Shown piece after piece: positions 12,860-25,975 of a stretch of 64,000 nt of DNA; positions within the stretch are counted from its first letter, which is position 1, and each line of letters starts with the position of its first letter. The position numbers and the translations under genes are program-made. A model generated the notes under the pieces. The model did not search any database. It had not been told where the DNA came from and worked only from the letters and a program-made list of their open reading frames with translations. Source of the stretch: Stegostoma tigrinum (taxonomy: Eukaryota); the NCBI RefSeq assembly GCF_030684315.1, contig NC_081373.1, positions 32,589,989 through 32,653,988 of the forward strand, read 5' to 3'.

Positions 12860-13088
12860 AGGATATTGAAGTGCTAACTCTAGTTTTCTCTCTACAGATA
12901 TTGCCAGAACTGCTGAGTTTCTCCAATAACTTTGTTTTTGTTTCAGATTTCCAACATCTGCAGTTCTGAGGAAGGGTCGCTGGACCCAAAACATTAACTC
13001 TGTTTTTCCTTCACAGATGCTCCCAGACCTGCTGAACTTTTCCAGCAACTTTGTTTTTGCTCCTGATTTATAGCATCTGCAGTTCTTA
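12860..13088 (+). mobile_element. Tandem pair (period about 120 nt) of PLE terminal units with a CpG-decayed hammerhead at the junction (12962-12999)
   Basis: AGTT-CTGAGGA-A-GGGTC-gctg-GACCC-aAAAC-aTT-AACT. The unit taactct...acagat...gcagttct is repeated. Confidence 0.75.
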
Positions 13089-13854
13089 CCTTGCATGATT
13101 ATGTGTTGTACGTCCATACTAATTTTTTGGTGTTCATGCATTAAAATACCTAAATCTCTTTATATTTTCATATTTCTCTTCATACATTTTCATTCTGTCA
13201 CATTTTCCCATATTATATTTCATGAACAGATTTTTTTGTCCAATCAATCAACCTATCAATATTATGTATCATTTTGTTTCTCAGTTTTTATTTTTATGGA
13301 TGGTTGGAATTTGTTTATGAACATTGGTCCTTTTGGTTCTGTAATCTGAAGTTTTCTTCAGCCTTGTATTCCTTTCCCAGTCCCTGTTGCTGTGCACAAA
13401 AAGTTTGAGGGCAGCATACGTTGGTGGTAAAGGATCTTTATTGGCTGAAATTGGTTAAATTTTAATGCCTTGAATCTCTCCAACCCCTAAAGAGGGAGAG
13501 AATACATTTTTGATTAGAAGCTATAGGAGTGCAAGTTTTATCTGCTATTCATTTATCAGATGTTCAGGTTATTACAGAAACCATAGAATTTTGCAGCACA
13601 TAAACAGGTTTTCAACCCAAGTGGTCTATGTTAGTGTATATGCTCCATGTGGCACCTTATTTCATCTCCCCCTATCAACATAACTGATAAATTGATCAGA
13701 CTTTTCCCCTTTGGAAGCAGACTGACTGACTGTACCGATAATATTCATATCTTTTAAATGTGTAACTGACAGTTTTCTACCTCTTTCCGCTTTCTGTGGA
13801 AAGTCGAGTTTGCTATTTTCTAGTCTGATAAAACCTTTCCTGCATTAAAAGGAA

Positions 13855-14315
13855 TAGAACATAGAACAGCATAGCACGGTACACACCCTTCTTTCGGCCC
13901 ACGATGTTGTGCTGACCCATTATCCTACTAAGATCAAACTACGCTGCATCCCTACATTTTAATACCCACCATGTGCCTATCTAGGAGTCGCTTAAAAGTC
14001 TCTCAAGTACTTGACTCCACTACCGCTGCCGGCAGTGCATTTCACACGCCCACCACTCTCTGTGTAAAGAACCTACCTCTGACATCTCCCCATACCTTCC
14101 TCCAATCACCTTAAAATTATGCCCCTGTGTAATAGTCATTTCTGCCCTGGGAGAAAGTCTCCGACTATCCACTCTACCTAAGCCTCTCATCATCTTGTAC
14201 ACCTCTATCAAGTCACCTCTTGTCAGTCTTTGCTCCAGTGAAAAAAGCCGTAGCTCCCTCAACCTTTCCTCATAAGACCTGCCCTCCAGTCCAGGCAGCA
14301 TCCTGGTAGATATCC
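13855..14315 (-). mobile_element. CR1 LINE 3' end
   Basis: TRMLPGLEGRSYEERLRELRLFSLEQRLTRGDLIEVYKMMRG and (tagaaca)2 tail. Confidence 0.9.
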
Positions 14316-14544
14316 TCTTGGTAGCCCATTCAGTGAAGATAGAAACAAAAAATGTGTTCATTTCAGCTGCTATTTACTTATCTACTAATTTTCCATTCTC
14401 CCTTTCTAGAGGACCAACAAATACTTCTAATTAACTCTTCCTTTTTAAGAATCTGTACAAACTTTGGCTAGCTATGCTTCCATTCCTAAGAAGTTTCCTC
14501 TTGTACCCTAAATTCTGCCTCCTGCTTAATCTTTGATTTGTTTT

Positions 14545-15430
14545 GTTATGTAGTTGAAAATGAGAGGGCAAGATGATAAGCACATTTGAAGATAACTCGA
14601 AGATTGACCTGGTGGCCAGCCTAGAGGAAGATGGTCTTTGATTCCAGCAGGATATAGACAAATTGGTTGGTTGAGCAGATAGATTGTAGATGGAATTTCG
14701 CCCTGATAAGTGTGAGATAATGGTCTTGGAAAAAGTAACAAGCCACAGGAGTACTCAATGATTGGCAGGACGCTTAAAAGCTCAGAGGAATCTTGGCTGC
14801 AGATTCCTAAACATGGCAGGGAAGGTTAATAGAGTAATTAAGAATAGGACACACCTTTGTCAGTTGAGACATAGATTGTAAGAGCAGGGAGGTTATGTTG
14901 GAGCATATAGGAGCATGGTTAGGCCACAGCTGCAGTGCTGTATAGTTCTGGTCATCACAGTAGAGTGGGTGCAGAGATGATTCACTAGGATGTTGCCCGG
15001 GAAGGAGCACCTTAACCATGAAGTAAGACTGGTTAAGGTAGGGTTGTTTTTGCAGCAGAGAAGTTTGAGGGGTTCCTGTAGAGATGTATAAGATTGAGAA
15101 TCATGGACAGGGTGGATAGAAAGCAGCTATTGCCCTTAGTTAAAGGATCAGTTACAAGGCGGCACACGTTTAAGGTGAAAGGCAGATTTAAAGAGGACTT
15201 GAGGAAGCTTTTTTTCCTCCGAGTGTGCTACATGACTGGAATGCACTGTCTTGGAGGGTAGTTGAGGCAGGCAACCTCACAGCCTTTGCAAGGCATTAGG
15301 CTGAGTGCTTGAAGGTGTCACAACATTCAAGGCTATGGGCCGAATGCTGGGAAGTGGGACCAGTAGATTTAGTGTATTTTTTGATGTTGTTACGACTTGG
15401 TGGGCCAACGGGCCTCTTCTGTTCAGTGCA
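14545..15430 (+). mobile_element. Decayed CR1 LINE 3' part
   Basis: Degenerate RT C-terminus (cagcaggatatagac...atggaattt; gttaggccacagctg) and 3'UTR. Confidence 0.75.
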
Positions 15431-16153
15431 GTCAAAATATGAATACTGGGATAATTCATCTGACCTGCCACTCAACTTTGCACAGTTGATGCCTTTTCCT
15501 CAAATAGATGTTTTCCCTTATTTATCATGTGGTGGTTCCTCCCTTCAAAATTTTTCTTTTATAGTAGTTATTCTTTCTGGAAGGCTTCAATAGAATCAAA
15601 ACTTCTGATTCTGAAAAAGCTGCAGAATGTATTGAATGTGTGAAAACATTGTTTGTACTGCAAAGCAAATATGTCCCATAAGATCAAAACTCCGTACTCA
15701 GACATGATGACAATACATTGCTTATTTGATATATAAAAAAAAGTGCTGTTTTACTGGTGCAAAACAACTCAACTCTGGACCAATGAGCACAGTGTGAATG
15801 GATAAAACCCATTATACTGTGTTTAAAAATTGGTAGAGGTGAATGGAGTGGAGCTGTGCATTTTATGGTCATGCTTATTAAATCACCAGATTTGCTGGTG
15901 AGTTATGAAGAAATACAACATTTAGTAATTACAATCCAGATTCTTTGAGCATACTTGAGCCGACACCACTGAATTAAAGTTTTCACAGCCAGTGAATGAC
16001 CGTGGCAAATGCATATGCACAGGCCTATTATGCAACAAAAAAACCTTAAAAAAAAAATTACTGTAGACATCACTTTTGCCAGCATTATGAAAATCTTCTT
16101 GAAATGTATCATACATTTCAGTTTCTTACAGATCTGCTCTGATTAATTTCTAG

Positions 16154-16289
16154 AATCCTTGATCTTGATTTGGTGGTGCGAGATGAAGATGGCAATATTT
16201 TAGATCCTGACCAAACTAGCACCATCAGTCTGTTTAGAGCTCACGAAATGGCATTGAAACGGATAGAAGAAAGAATCGAGGAAGAAAAG
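16154..16289 (+). CDS. DOCK1: DOCK1 coding exon (approx. exon 7), 136 nt
   Basis: ttctag|A...AAG|gtgatt. Translates (R)[45 protein letters not shown]. Phase 2 to 0. Confidence 0.96.
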
Positions 16290-17220
16290 GTGATTAAAAT
16301 AAATAGTGAATTGTGTTTAAACCAACATAATTTGTTCACTTCTGAATTTTTGTCTGGTTTTAATGTTTATATGTTGACGATCAAATATGATTATGTGCTA
16401 AAGATCTTAGAAATGCTTTGTCAAATTTGCAGGAAATGTTTTGCTTTTGTTCATTAATGTAGTATTGGATTTTGCAATATATTTTGAAATATGAGGAAGA
16501 TGCACGTGATGTATTCTCTGAACCTTCGACATTCTCTTTACAATTTAAGGTTGTGTGAAGGAAATGTTGCACGATTGACAATTGCTTGAAGTAAATATGA
16601 TTTGTCTAATTTCAGACAAAATCTGACTTTTGTTAGGCAGCGTATCCATGCCTGCAAAATTTCCTATGAAGTGTCAAGTCTTAATTTCACTCAATTACCA
16701 TAAGCCACGATGAAAACCTTGATTAATATCACCATTTTATGCTACATTTAAATTTAATTGCAGTCCTGGTTTGAATGTTGAAGTTGGCTTTATTCAGAGC
16801 ATATTATTGAGCTATTGAACTATTCTTGATGCACAAATTGAATAGGCGGCCATAGAAATTGTTTTGTACAAATTCTTTATAATGCAGTATTAAAAATTCT
16901 CAATCAGCCCATGCTGGGTGTTTTTCTTTCATCCTAATTTTAGAGTTAAACTGCAGTTACTTAATATTCCAGTTTGAGAGCTGTACATTTTGTTCTGTCA
17001 GCATATCCTGTTCGATGTTGAAAATGGCTGGTAAGAGACCAATTGGCTTTTACCTGCTAATGTTCATTCATGGCAAAAAATCAGTTGATAATAACAAAAG
17101 TAATTTCTTATGGGTACTGCCTGTGTTGTGTGAACTATTAATTCAGTGAATAAAGGAGTGTCGCTGGGTAACAAATAGATTTGCATTAATCATTTTTAGT
17201 TGGCAAGATTCATGACTGAT

Positions 17221-17360
17221 CCTTCTGGCAAAAGGTCACCCGACCTGAAATATTAACTGCTTTTTTTTTCTGCACAGATGCTGTCAGACCTGCTGAGCTT
17301 TTCCAGCAACTTCTGTTTTTGTTCCTGATGTACAGCTCCTGCAGTTCTTTTGGTTTTCAG
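17221..17360 (+). mobile_element. Solo PLE terminal unit with degenerate hammerhead
   Basis: AGGTC-accc-GACCT-GAAA-tatt-AACT followed by the same tail as 12996-13088. The CTGANGA box is mutated. Confidence 0.7.
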
Positions 17361-17855
17361 AATTGATTTTCTTGGTTTCCAGTTGAATTCAAGACAATGG
17401 AAAGTATATTTTTTAAATAGGTCTGTAGCAGTTCTGAGGGTATCAAGAGAATTGTGAGGGGCTGTTTGAAGTCCTGAGTGCAAATCTCATAAAATTATTG
17501 TTAGTCAAAGAGGGTATCACAGATGTGATATTGCTAAAGTTGGGTGGTACATGGCTGTGTTTGTTCATTACTTTCTCTATTCATGGACTGTCCTGTTTAA
17601 TTTGTATTTTATTATGCTGTTGCTTATCTGCTTTGTTAAATAAACCTATTCCATAGTTTATAATCTCAATTCCAGTCTAATGGTGTTTATCCTGTTGCTT
17701 TCTGGAAGACTATCTCCTGATTGACTAAGAACAGTGCCCCTAGGATTGTGTACGTTCACAATTATTTAGTATGCAAGAATGTGTTCTGGTGAATTTTATA
17801 TTTTTTAAAAAACACTGCGTGAAATTCAGAAATTAGCATATCTTCAGTAAGCAAT

Positions 17856-19628
17856 TAGAACATAGAACATAGAACATAGAACATAGAACAGTACAGCACA
17901 GAACAGGCCCTTCAGCCCACAATGTTGTGCCGACCATTGATCCTCATGGATGCACCCTCAAATTTCTGTGACCATATGCATGTCCAGCAGTCTCTTAAAT
18001 GACCCCAATGACCTTGCTTCCACAACTGCTGCTGGCAACGCATTCCATGCTCTCACAACTCTCTGCGTAAAGAACCTGCCTCTGACATCCCCTCTATACT
18101 TTCCACCAACCAGCTTAAAACTATGACCCCTCGTGCTAGCCATTTCTGCCCTGGGAAATAGTCTCTGGCTATCAACTCTATCTATGCCTCTCATTATCTT
18201 GTATACCTCAATTAGGTCCCCTCTCCTCCTCCTTTTCTCCAATGAAAAGAGACCGAGCTCAGTCAACCTCTCTTCATAAGATAAGCCCTCCAGTCCAGGC
18301 AGCATCCTGGTAAACCTCCTCTGAACCCTCTCCAAAGCATCCACATCTTTCCTATAATAGGGCGCCCAGAACTGGACGCAGTATTCCAAGTGCGGTCTAA
18401 CCAAAGTTTTATAGAGCTGCAACAAGATCTCACGACTCTTAAACTCAATCCCCCTGTTAATGAAAGCCAAAACACCATATGCTTTCTTAACAACCCTGTC
18501 CACTTGGGTGGCCATTTTAAGGGATCTATGTATCTGCACACCAAGATCCCTCTGTTCCTCCACGCTGCCAAGAATCCTATCCTTAATCCTGTACTCAGTT
18601 TTCAAATTCGACCTTCCAAAATGCATCACCTCGCATTTATCCAGGTTGAACTCCATCTGCCACCTCTCAGCCCATCTCTGCATCCTGTCAATGTCCCGCT
18701 GCAGCCTACAACAGCCCTCTACACTGTCAACGACACCTCCGACCTTTGTGTCGTCTGCAAACTTGCTGACCCATCCTTCAATTCCCTCGTCCAAGTCATT
18801 AATAAAAATTACAAACAGTAGAGGCCCAAGGACAGAGCCCTGTGGAACCCCACTCACCACTGACTTCCAGGCAGAATATTTTCCTTCTACTACCACTCGC
18901 TGTCTTCTGTTGGCCAGCCAATTCTGTATCCAAGCAGCTAAGTTCCCCTGTATCCCATTCCTCCTGACCTTCTGAATGAGCCTTCCATGGGGAACCTTAT
19001 CAAATGCCTTACTGAAGTCCATATACACCACATCCACAGCTTGACCCTCATCAACCTTACTAGTCACATCCTCAAAAAACTCGATAAGGTTTGTAAGGCA
19101 TGACCTACCCCTCACAAAGCCGTGTTGACTGTATTTGATCAAGCCATGCTCTTCCAGATGGTCATAAATCTTATCCCTCAGAATCCTTTCTAACACCTTG
19201 CAGACGACAGACGTGAGACTTACCGGTCTATAATTGCCGGGGATTTCCCTATTTCCTTTCTTGAAGAGAGGAATTACATTTGCCTCTCTCCAGTCCTCAG
19301 GTACGACTCCAGTGGAGAGCGAGGATGCAAAGATCTTCGCAAGTGGCGAAGCAATTGCATTTCTCGCTTCCCAAAGCAGCCGAGGACAAATCTGATCCGG
19401 GCCTGGCGACTTGTCAATCTTAATGTTTGACAAAATTTTCAGTACATCAGCTTCCTCTATCTCTATCCATTCCAGCATGCACACCTGCTCTTCAAAGGTT
19501 TCATTCACTACACAGGTCGTTTCTTTCGTAAAGACAGAAGCAAAAAACTCATTTAGGGCTTCCCCTACCTCCTCAGGCTCCACACACAAGTTCCCTATGC
19601 TATCCCTGATCGGCCCTACTCTTTCTTT
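17856..19628 (-). mobile_element. Young 5'-truncated CR1 LINE with an uninterrupted 543-aa RT/C-terminal frame (17958-19589)
   Basis: PGPD, NYRPVSLTS, QHGF, YMDFSKAFDKVPH, GVPQGSVLGP and FADD motifs with no stops or frameshifts. (ATGTTCT)n-type tail is seen as (tagaaca)5 at 17856-17890. Confidence 0.97.
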
Positions 19629-21254
19629 CTATTGAACTTCATTGAAGCTAGCAGCCAGAAAGATCGATAAATTCAGCAGTTGATTTGATAGTATCTGGGA
19701 TGTAAGTGGAAGTGAGATTGATTTTTTTTTTTACTAAAGCAGCAAGGTAAAGGTGACAGCATGCATACAAGGTCAGGAAGGAGACCAACAGTGAACTTAC
19801 CAGTTAGTGTGTAAACTAGAAACTGTGAAGGAACAGTTTAAGCTGAAGCAGATGAGACATCAAGTTACAGTTTAAGGCTGATGAAGAGGAGTTTTAGGGT
19901 GAATTTGAAGAAGAAAATGACAAATGAAAGCTCTTCAACATCCAAGGGGGGTAAAAAATAAAGCTATGTCAGCATGAACTTAAGAGTTGGAAATTTGCAG
20001 ATGAATGAAGGTACAGTTGCAGTGTCTGTTCTGCTTCTGTCAGTTGAACGAAAGTGTAGATGCAGGCTTTAGGTTATGTGCATGTACATAAGAGGAAATT
20101 GTTGGCAACACTAATTCCCAATTTCTGTGCTAAACCTACTGTAAAATAGGAAGAAATGTGTACTTTCACAACCGTAGGATATCCCAAAGCACTTTTCATC
20201 AAAATATCTGCTTTTGAAATACAGGTTTAATATGTTGAAATTGCTATTTCCTGATTTGATTTCTGAAATTCACAAATAGGGGTGTGTTGCTTGTGAATGG
20301 ATATAAAAGCTGCTGAGTAGTCAATATTGGAGGAGTCAAAAAAATTACTTTTTAAGTATATAATTTATAGACGTCTTCATAAATTAGACTATTATGCAGC
20401 TTAAGATGCTGAATGTAAGCATCTTATCCAGTACTTTTACTTCAATGCTAGATGGGAAACACAATTTTTTTTAACATATTTGCAAATGTTGCCAAATTAG
20501 CTCTGATCTAGATGGGAGTAGACCTTGTAGGAACTATATCATTTTGTTCCTCAGTTCCTACTTTTTATGGTGGATTGGAATCTGGATATGAACATGATCC
20601 TGTGGGTTCTGTGTTTTTTATTTCCTTTCAGTCTTTCATTTCTTTCACTTTTTTTTATTCCTTTCCCAGTCCTTATTGCCACACACACAGGGTTTGTGAA
20701 TAGCATACATTGATGGTAAACAATCTTTTTGGGTTGCAGATAGTCTGATTTTAATGCTTTGAATCTCTCCAAATCCCAGAAAGAAAGAACCTTCATGAAT
20801 TTTAAAAACATATAATGTAAGTTTTATCTGTCATCCATTTATCAGTGTTCAGATTATACAGAAATCAGAATTTCATTGCACGTAAACAGGTTGTTCTGCC
20901 CTTCTGATCTATATTGATGTTTATGCTCTTAATTCATCTTGCCATATCAACATAACTTTCAATGTCTTTGTCCTTCAGGCACTTAATTAGCTTTCGCTTA
21001 AATGCATCCATGCTGATTACCTTAACTTCACCATAGAATAATGAGCCTAATATCTCATCGCTCTTAGTAAATATTTTTTTCCAGACATTGTGGATTTATT
21101 AATAACAATCTTGAATTAATGATTTCTGGTTTTGGACTTCCTGCAAGTTGTAAATGTAAAACTATTAGTAATCTAGTTACCCCCACCTTCCCAAAAATGC
21201 AGTGTTTAGTCTAAAAGAAAAAGCAAAGCAGAAGTCAGCAGAAAAAAAAACAAT

Positions 21255-23080
21255 GAATAGTAGGACTCTGGGAAGCATGGAGGATCAGAGGTATTTCAGT
21301 ATGCACGTACACTGGTCCCTTAAGGTGTAAGGACAGGTGGATAATGTGGTTAAGAAGGTAAATGATCTAATTGCCCTTATCAGTCAAGGCACAGGGTTTA
21401 AGAGCAAGAAGATTATTGCTAGAACTCTAAAATGTTTGTGAAACCACAGCCAGAGTATTGTCTGGAGTTCTGGAACGCACATTATAGGAGGGATCTGACA
21501 GCATTGTACATGGTGCAGATGAAATTTTTCAGGGATGTTGCCTACTCTGGAGATATTGTTATAGAACATGGAATAGTACAGCACAGTGCAGGCCCTTTGG
21601 CCCACGATGTTGTGCCGACCTATTATCCTGCTCTTAGATCAAATTACCCTGCATACCCTCTGTTTTACTATCATCCATGTGCCTACTGTGCTTCCGCTCA
21701 GCACCATTTGTGACTCCTCAGAAACTGAAGCAGTCCATGTTCAACTCCAACAAGATCTGGACAATATCCAGGCTTGGGCTGACAAGTGGCAAGTGACATT
21801 CACACCACACAAACGTCAGGCTATGATCATCTCCAATAAGAGACAACCTAACCACTGACCCGACATTCAATGAAGTTACCATCACTGAATGCCTCACTGT
21901 CAACATACTGGTTGTTGTCATTGACCAGAGACTCAATTGGACTCACTACATAAACGCAATGGCTATAAGAGCGGTCCAGAAGCTATGAATACTACAGTAA
22001 GTAACTCACCACCTGACTCCTCAAAGCCTGTTCACCATCTACAAAGCACAAGTCCAGAGTGTGATGGAATACTCCCCACTTGCCTGAATGAGTTCACCCC
22101 CAACAACACTCAAGCTTGACACATTCCAGGACAAAGCAGCCCACTTGATTGGCATTACATGCACAAGCATCCACTTCCTCCACCTCTGACACCCAGTAGC
22201 AGTAGTATCCCACCATTCAGCTATTACCACGGAGAAAGAGGATCCACCCTGCTTCAGTGAAAAGTGCAAGAGGTCATGCCAAGAGACACACCAGGTTTAC
22301 CTAAGAATGAGTTTTCAACATGGTGAGGCTACGAAACAAGATCATTTGCATGCTGAAAAGCAGACTTTGCAAGTGATAGACAGAGCTCGGCATCCTCACA
22401 ACCAACAGATCACATCTAAGCTCTACAGTGCTGCCACATCCAGCCATGAATGGCAGATTAAAACTTAATAAATTTAAGTGGATGAGGATGTTCCATAAAT
22501 GTTGTTATGGTCAGGGGCGTGACAGACCAGTATATCAGTGCGAAAGCAATTGCAGCAATCTTCAGCCAGATGTGCTGACTGGATTACCCATCACAGCCTC
22601 TTCCAGAGGCCTGCAGTATCACAGCTGCCAGCCTTCAGTGACCTGTACTGCACAAACTGTTGCACCCCTAGCTGTTATGTTGAGAAATTGGACAGGCTAA
22701 GTTTTCCTTTGCATAGAGGAGATTGAGAGGTCCTGATTGAGACATGTAAAATTTTGAGGGGAAAAGATAATGGGAGGACAAGAGGAAACTTTATCCTTTT
22801 GGTGGAGGGATCAGTGATGAGTGCATAGATTTAAGGTAAGTGGCAGAAGGTTAAGAGATGTAAGGAAGAATTCTTACAACCAGGGGATGTTAGGATTCCG
22901 GAGCTCTCTGCCGACACACTCAACATTTAAGAAGAATTTAACTGTGCATTTGTGATGCCAAGGCATACAAGGTTATGGGCCAAGAACTGAAAAACGGGAT
23001 GAAAATAGTTAGGTGCTTATTTATGACCAGCATGAACACAATGTCAAAGGGCTTCTTCTGTGCTGTATATCTGAATCTGT
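21255..23080. mobile_element. Nested cluster: + strand CR1 interrupted by a minus-strand CR1 3' end (21560-21685) and second-family LINE pieces (21686-22660)
   Basis: VKPQPEYCLEFWNAHYRRD (CR1), then QLQQDLDNIQAWADKWQVTFTPHK (second family). CR1 resumes near 22670 (gagaaattggacaggctaag). Confidence 0.75.
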
Positions 23081-23229
23081 GACTCAGTGATGAAAGAGTT
23101 TTTGATCAGCATTGGTTAGTACCTGTGATGTAACAACTAAGATTGATGAGCTATCAGCATAAATTTCTACGTAGGTTTGTAAAGTGGTTGTATTAATATG
23201 CATTTGGCACCAAGGACACTTTTTAAAAT

Positions 23230-24970
23230 TTATTTCTTGCTACCAAATATTCATGAATGGACAAAAAGAAAGAGAGGAGGAGGCATAGCGGTACTTCATA
23301 AGGATGGTGATGCAGTTCTGAATAAATAGGTCTAGTACTTTTATCTATTTGATTTCAAATAAGTAACAGAAAGAGAGTTGTTTCATTGTTAGTTCTTTTT
23401 TCTTCAATAACAGAACTCCAAACAATGCAAAAGAAATGGATGAATAAATTTGTTGCAGAATTCAAGCTTGTGCTACAAAAATTGAGTGCCAGTATTGGAC
23501 ATGACAAATATATTAGGAAGTGCTTTCTTTTGGTTTTATAAAGGAAGCCAACTGAAGGTTATACTAAAAGAGGAAAGGGAAGTTACGCAAGGCAATTGAT
23601 AGAGATACCTGGAAAAAATTAGCATTTGTGAAAGTTGATCAGTCACCTGCCCTAAATAGAATGTGTTGTAGATCACTGAAAGAAGCAAAGATAAGAATAT
23701 TAGAAGTCATGATTATATTCAATTAATCTTAATTGGATTCATTACTGGAGGTTTGGAGAATTGCTAAGAAGTAGGCTAGGCAGCTTTGCATCATTCTTGG
23801 AAAAGTTAATGCAAATCATTATTGGGGACAAATAAACTTGGAACAGCATGCTTTTTTTTTTAAAGGTGAATCATACTTAACTTGATTAAATTCTTTCAGG
23901 TAGAAGGTTGGTCACGTACTCTTGTATATATCTGGACGTCTGTAAGACAGTGACAATACTAATTTAGTGGTTTGATTAAAAAGATGGAAGCCCATAGGAT
24001 TAAAGGGAAAGTTATAATGTAGCAAAGGATGTTGCTGGATGAATGATTTAAGGTATGGCATAGTGTTCTTGGCTTAATTTGAGGGTTTATTCTCACTTAA
24101 TAACTCTCATTAACCAGTGATACCCTGGTACATTAGATTAGTTTAGATTCCCTACAGTGTGGAAACAGACCCTTCGGCCCCACAAGTCCACACTGCTCCT
24201 TGGAGCATGTCACCCAGACCCATCCCCCGCCTATAACCCTCACACGCCTGAACACTACAGGCAATTTAGCATTGCCGATCCACCTACCCTACACATCTTT
24301 GGACTGCGAGAGGAAACCGGAGCACCCAGAGGAAACCCACGCAGACACTGGGAGAATGTGCAGACTCCACATAGACAGTTACCCGAGGCTGGAAGTTTAC
24401 CTGGGTCCCTGGCTGTGAGGCTGCAGTGCTAACTACTGAGCCACTGTGCCACCCAGGAGTAGTGTTGTAAAGTTCACTGATGCCAAATTTGGCAAAGCAA
24501 TCTTAAGGATAGTTGTAATTTTTAGAATGACATAAACAGGATGGCAAAGTGGGTAGAAATAGAAGTCACATTTGTTGTATCTGGAGAAGTGTGGAATTGT
24601 GTATTTTGGGAGGACTAATATGGAAACACAGTATATTCTAAGTGGAATGACTTTAACAAATGTATTTGAGTAAAGATGCCTGATGACCAAACATGCACAA
24701 CTTAAGGTTTTTGACTGATTTACAAGTGTGTAAATATAGAATATCAAACTAAAGAGTTCATCCTGGAACTTTATAAATGAGGTTAAGCCTTGACTGGGTT
24801 ATTTGGACAATTCTGGGCACCAGCTTTCAGATATGATGTAAGAGCTTTGGAAAGGATTCGGAGATTTACCAGAATATTATCAAGAATGAGGGACTTCAAT
24901 TACGAAAAGAGCTTGGAAAGGATAGCACTGCTGTCCATTGGAAAAAAAATAACACGACCCAGTAAAGGTT
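23230..24970 (+). mobile_element. Heavily decayed CR1 LINE hosting a SINE
   Basis: Remnants such as aagttcactgatgccaaattt and FWAPAFRYDVRALERIRRFTRIL. Confidence 0.6.
24133..24454 (-). mobile_element. HE1-type V-SINE
   Basis: Reverse complement of head (gtgctaactactgagccactgtgccaccc) and V domain (gaggaaaccggagcacccagaggaaacccacgcagacac). Confidence 0.9.
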
Positions 24971-25865
24971 TTTGAAATGCAATAAAAGTTCTGTTACCTG
25001 GCACTGCACTGACTGGAATGCTTTATCAACTTGGATTTCTGGTGTCATCCAAGACCAGCTTTATTTGGCAGCTGAAGTTTAATAACAGGAACATAATTTG
25101 GCAATCTTACCAAATTCATTTTTTTCCCCTCATTTGACAGCTATATCCTAACAGACAGGTCATTATCTTTTGGTAAAAAGGAATCTGTTGGTACTGTTAG
25201 TCTGATTAGCAAACAAGTGAAATGGGTGGTTGCTTCCTGAGGCCATGACTGTATAAAACTGATTGGAGGGGTTTATAATGTTTTACCCCTTCAGGTACCA
25301 TAAAACTCTCTGTTCTGCTCATTATATAGCCTTGGCAGTATTCCTTTTGTCAGCTGACATGTTTTGATTTACCAACTCAATTCATATTGTTGCTGGATAA
25401 CACTGATTTAACTGTAATGAGAGGTTTTGCTGGAATAGTGCAAAAACTGTTCCTTCTGGTGATGACTCAGTGACAAGAGATCTTTAATTTGAAATTAACA
25501 GGAGAGTAAAGATGAGAAATCTTTTCACTCTGCTATTTATTGAAGTTTTGAATGCTACACTAAAAAGATGGTGAAAACTGATTCCTTCAATAATTGTAAA
25601 AGGGCATTGGACATTTGCCTGAAGAAGAGAAGCATGCAAAGTTACACTGTTGCAAGCTTTCATGCCATTTCCTGCCTCTTTCCTTTCCAAAGTCCTTGAA
25701 TGTGTCATTGCTTTCTAAGTCCATTCTCATCTTTCCAGAAACACTCATGTTTGAATTCCTCCAATCAAGTTATGCATCTGCCACAGTGCAGAAATAGCTA
25801 TTATTAAAGTCACAAATAACATCCGAAGTAATTGTAACAGAAGTAAACTCTTTGGTTTTGAGAGT

Positions 25866-25975
25866 TAGTAGGAACAGCAGATGCTGGAGAAGCTGAGATA
25901 ACCAGGTGTAGAACTGGATCAACACAGCAGGTCGAGCAGGAAGGCTGGCGTTTCGTGCCTAGACCCTCCTACAGT
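25866..25975 (-). mobile_element. PLE terminal unit with degenerate hammerhead, followed by a (GTCTTT)-like simple repeat to about 26022
   Basis: Minus strand reads ctgtagga-gggtctaggcac-GAAACGCCAGC..., homologous to 689-815. Confidence 0.7.

Noticed and set aside
16170-16457. ORF-track peptides extending beyond DOCK1 exons (also 42906-43088 and 52044-52334)
   Set aside because: DOCK1 similarity stops at the GT/AG boundaries, so the extensions are intron read-through.
17856-17890. CRISPR-like or satellite array
   Set aside because: It is the 7-mer microsatellite tail of a CR1 element. No repeat-spacer array or prokaryotic gene content is visible anywhere in the window.
17958-19589. 543-aa reverse transcriptase ORF as a novel gene or RT-based defence system
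   Set aside because: It is an ordinary CR1 ORF2 C-terminal half: 5'-truncated, no ATG start, with a typical 3'UTR and tail.
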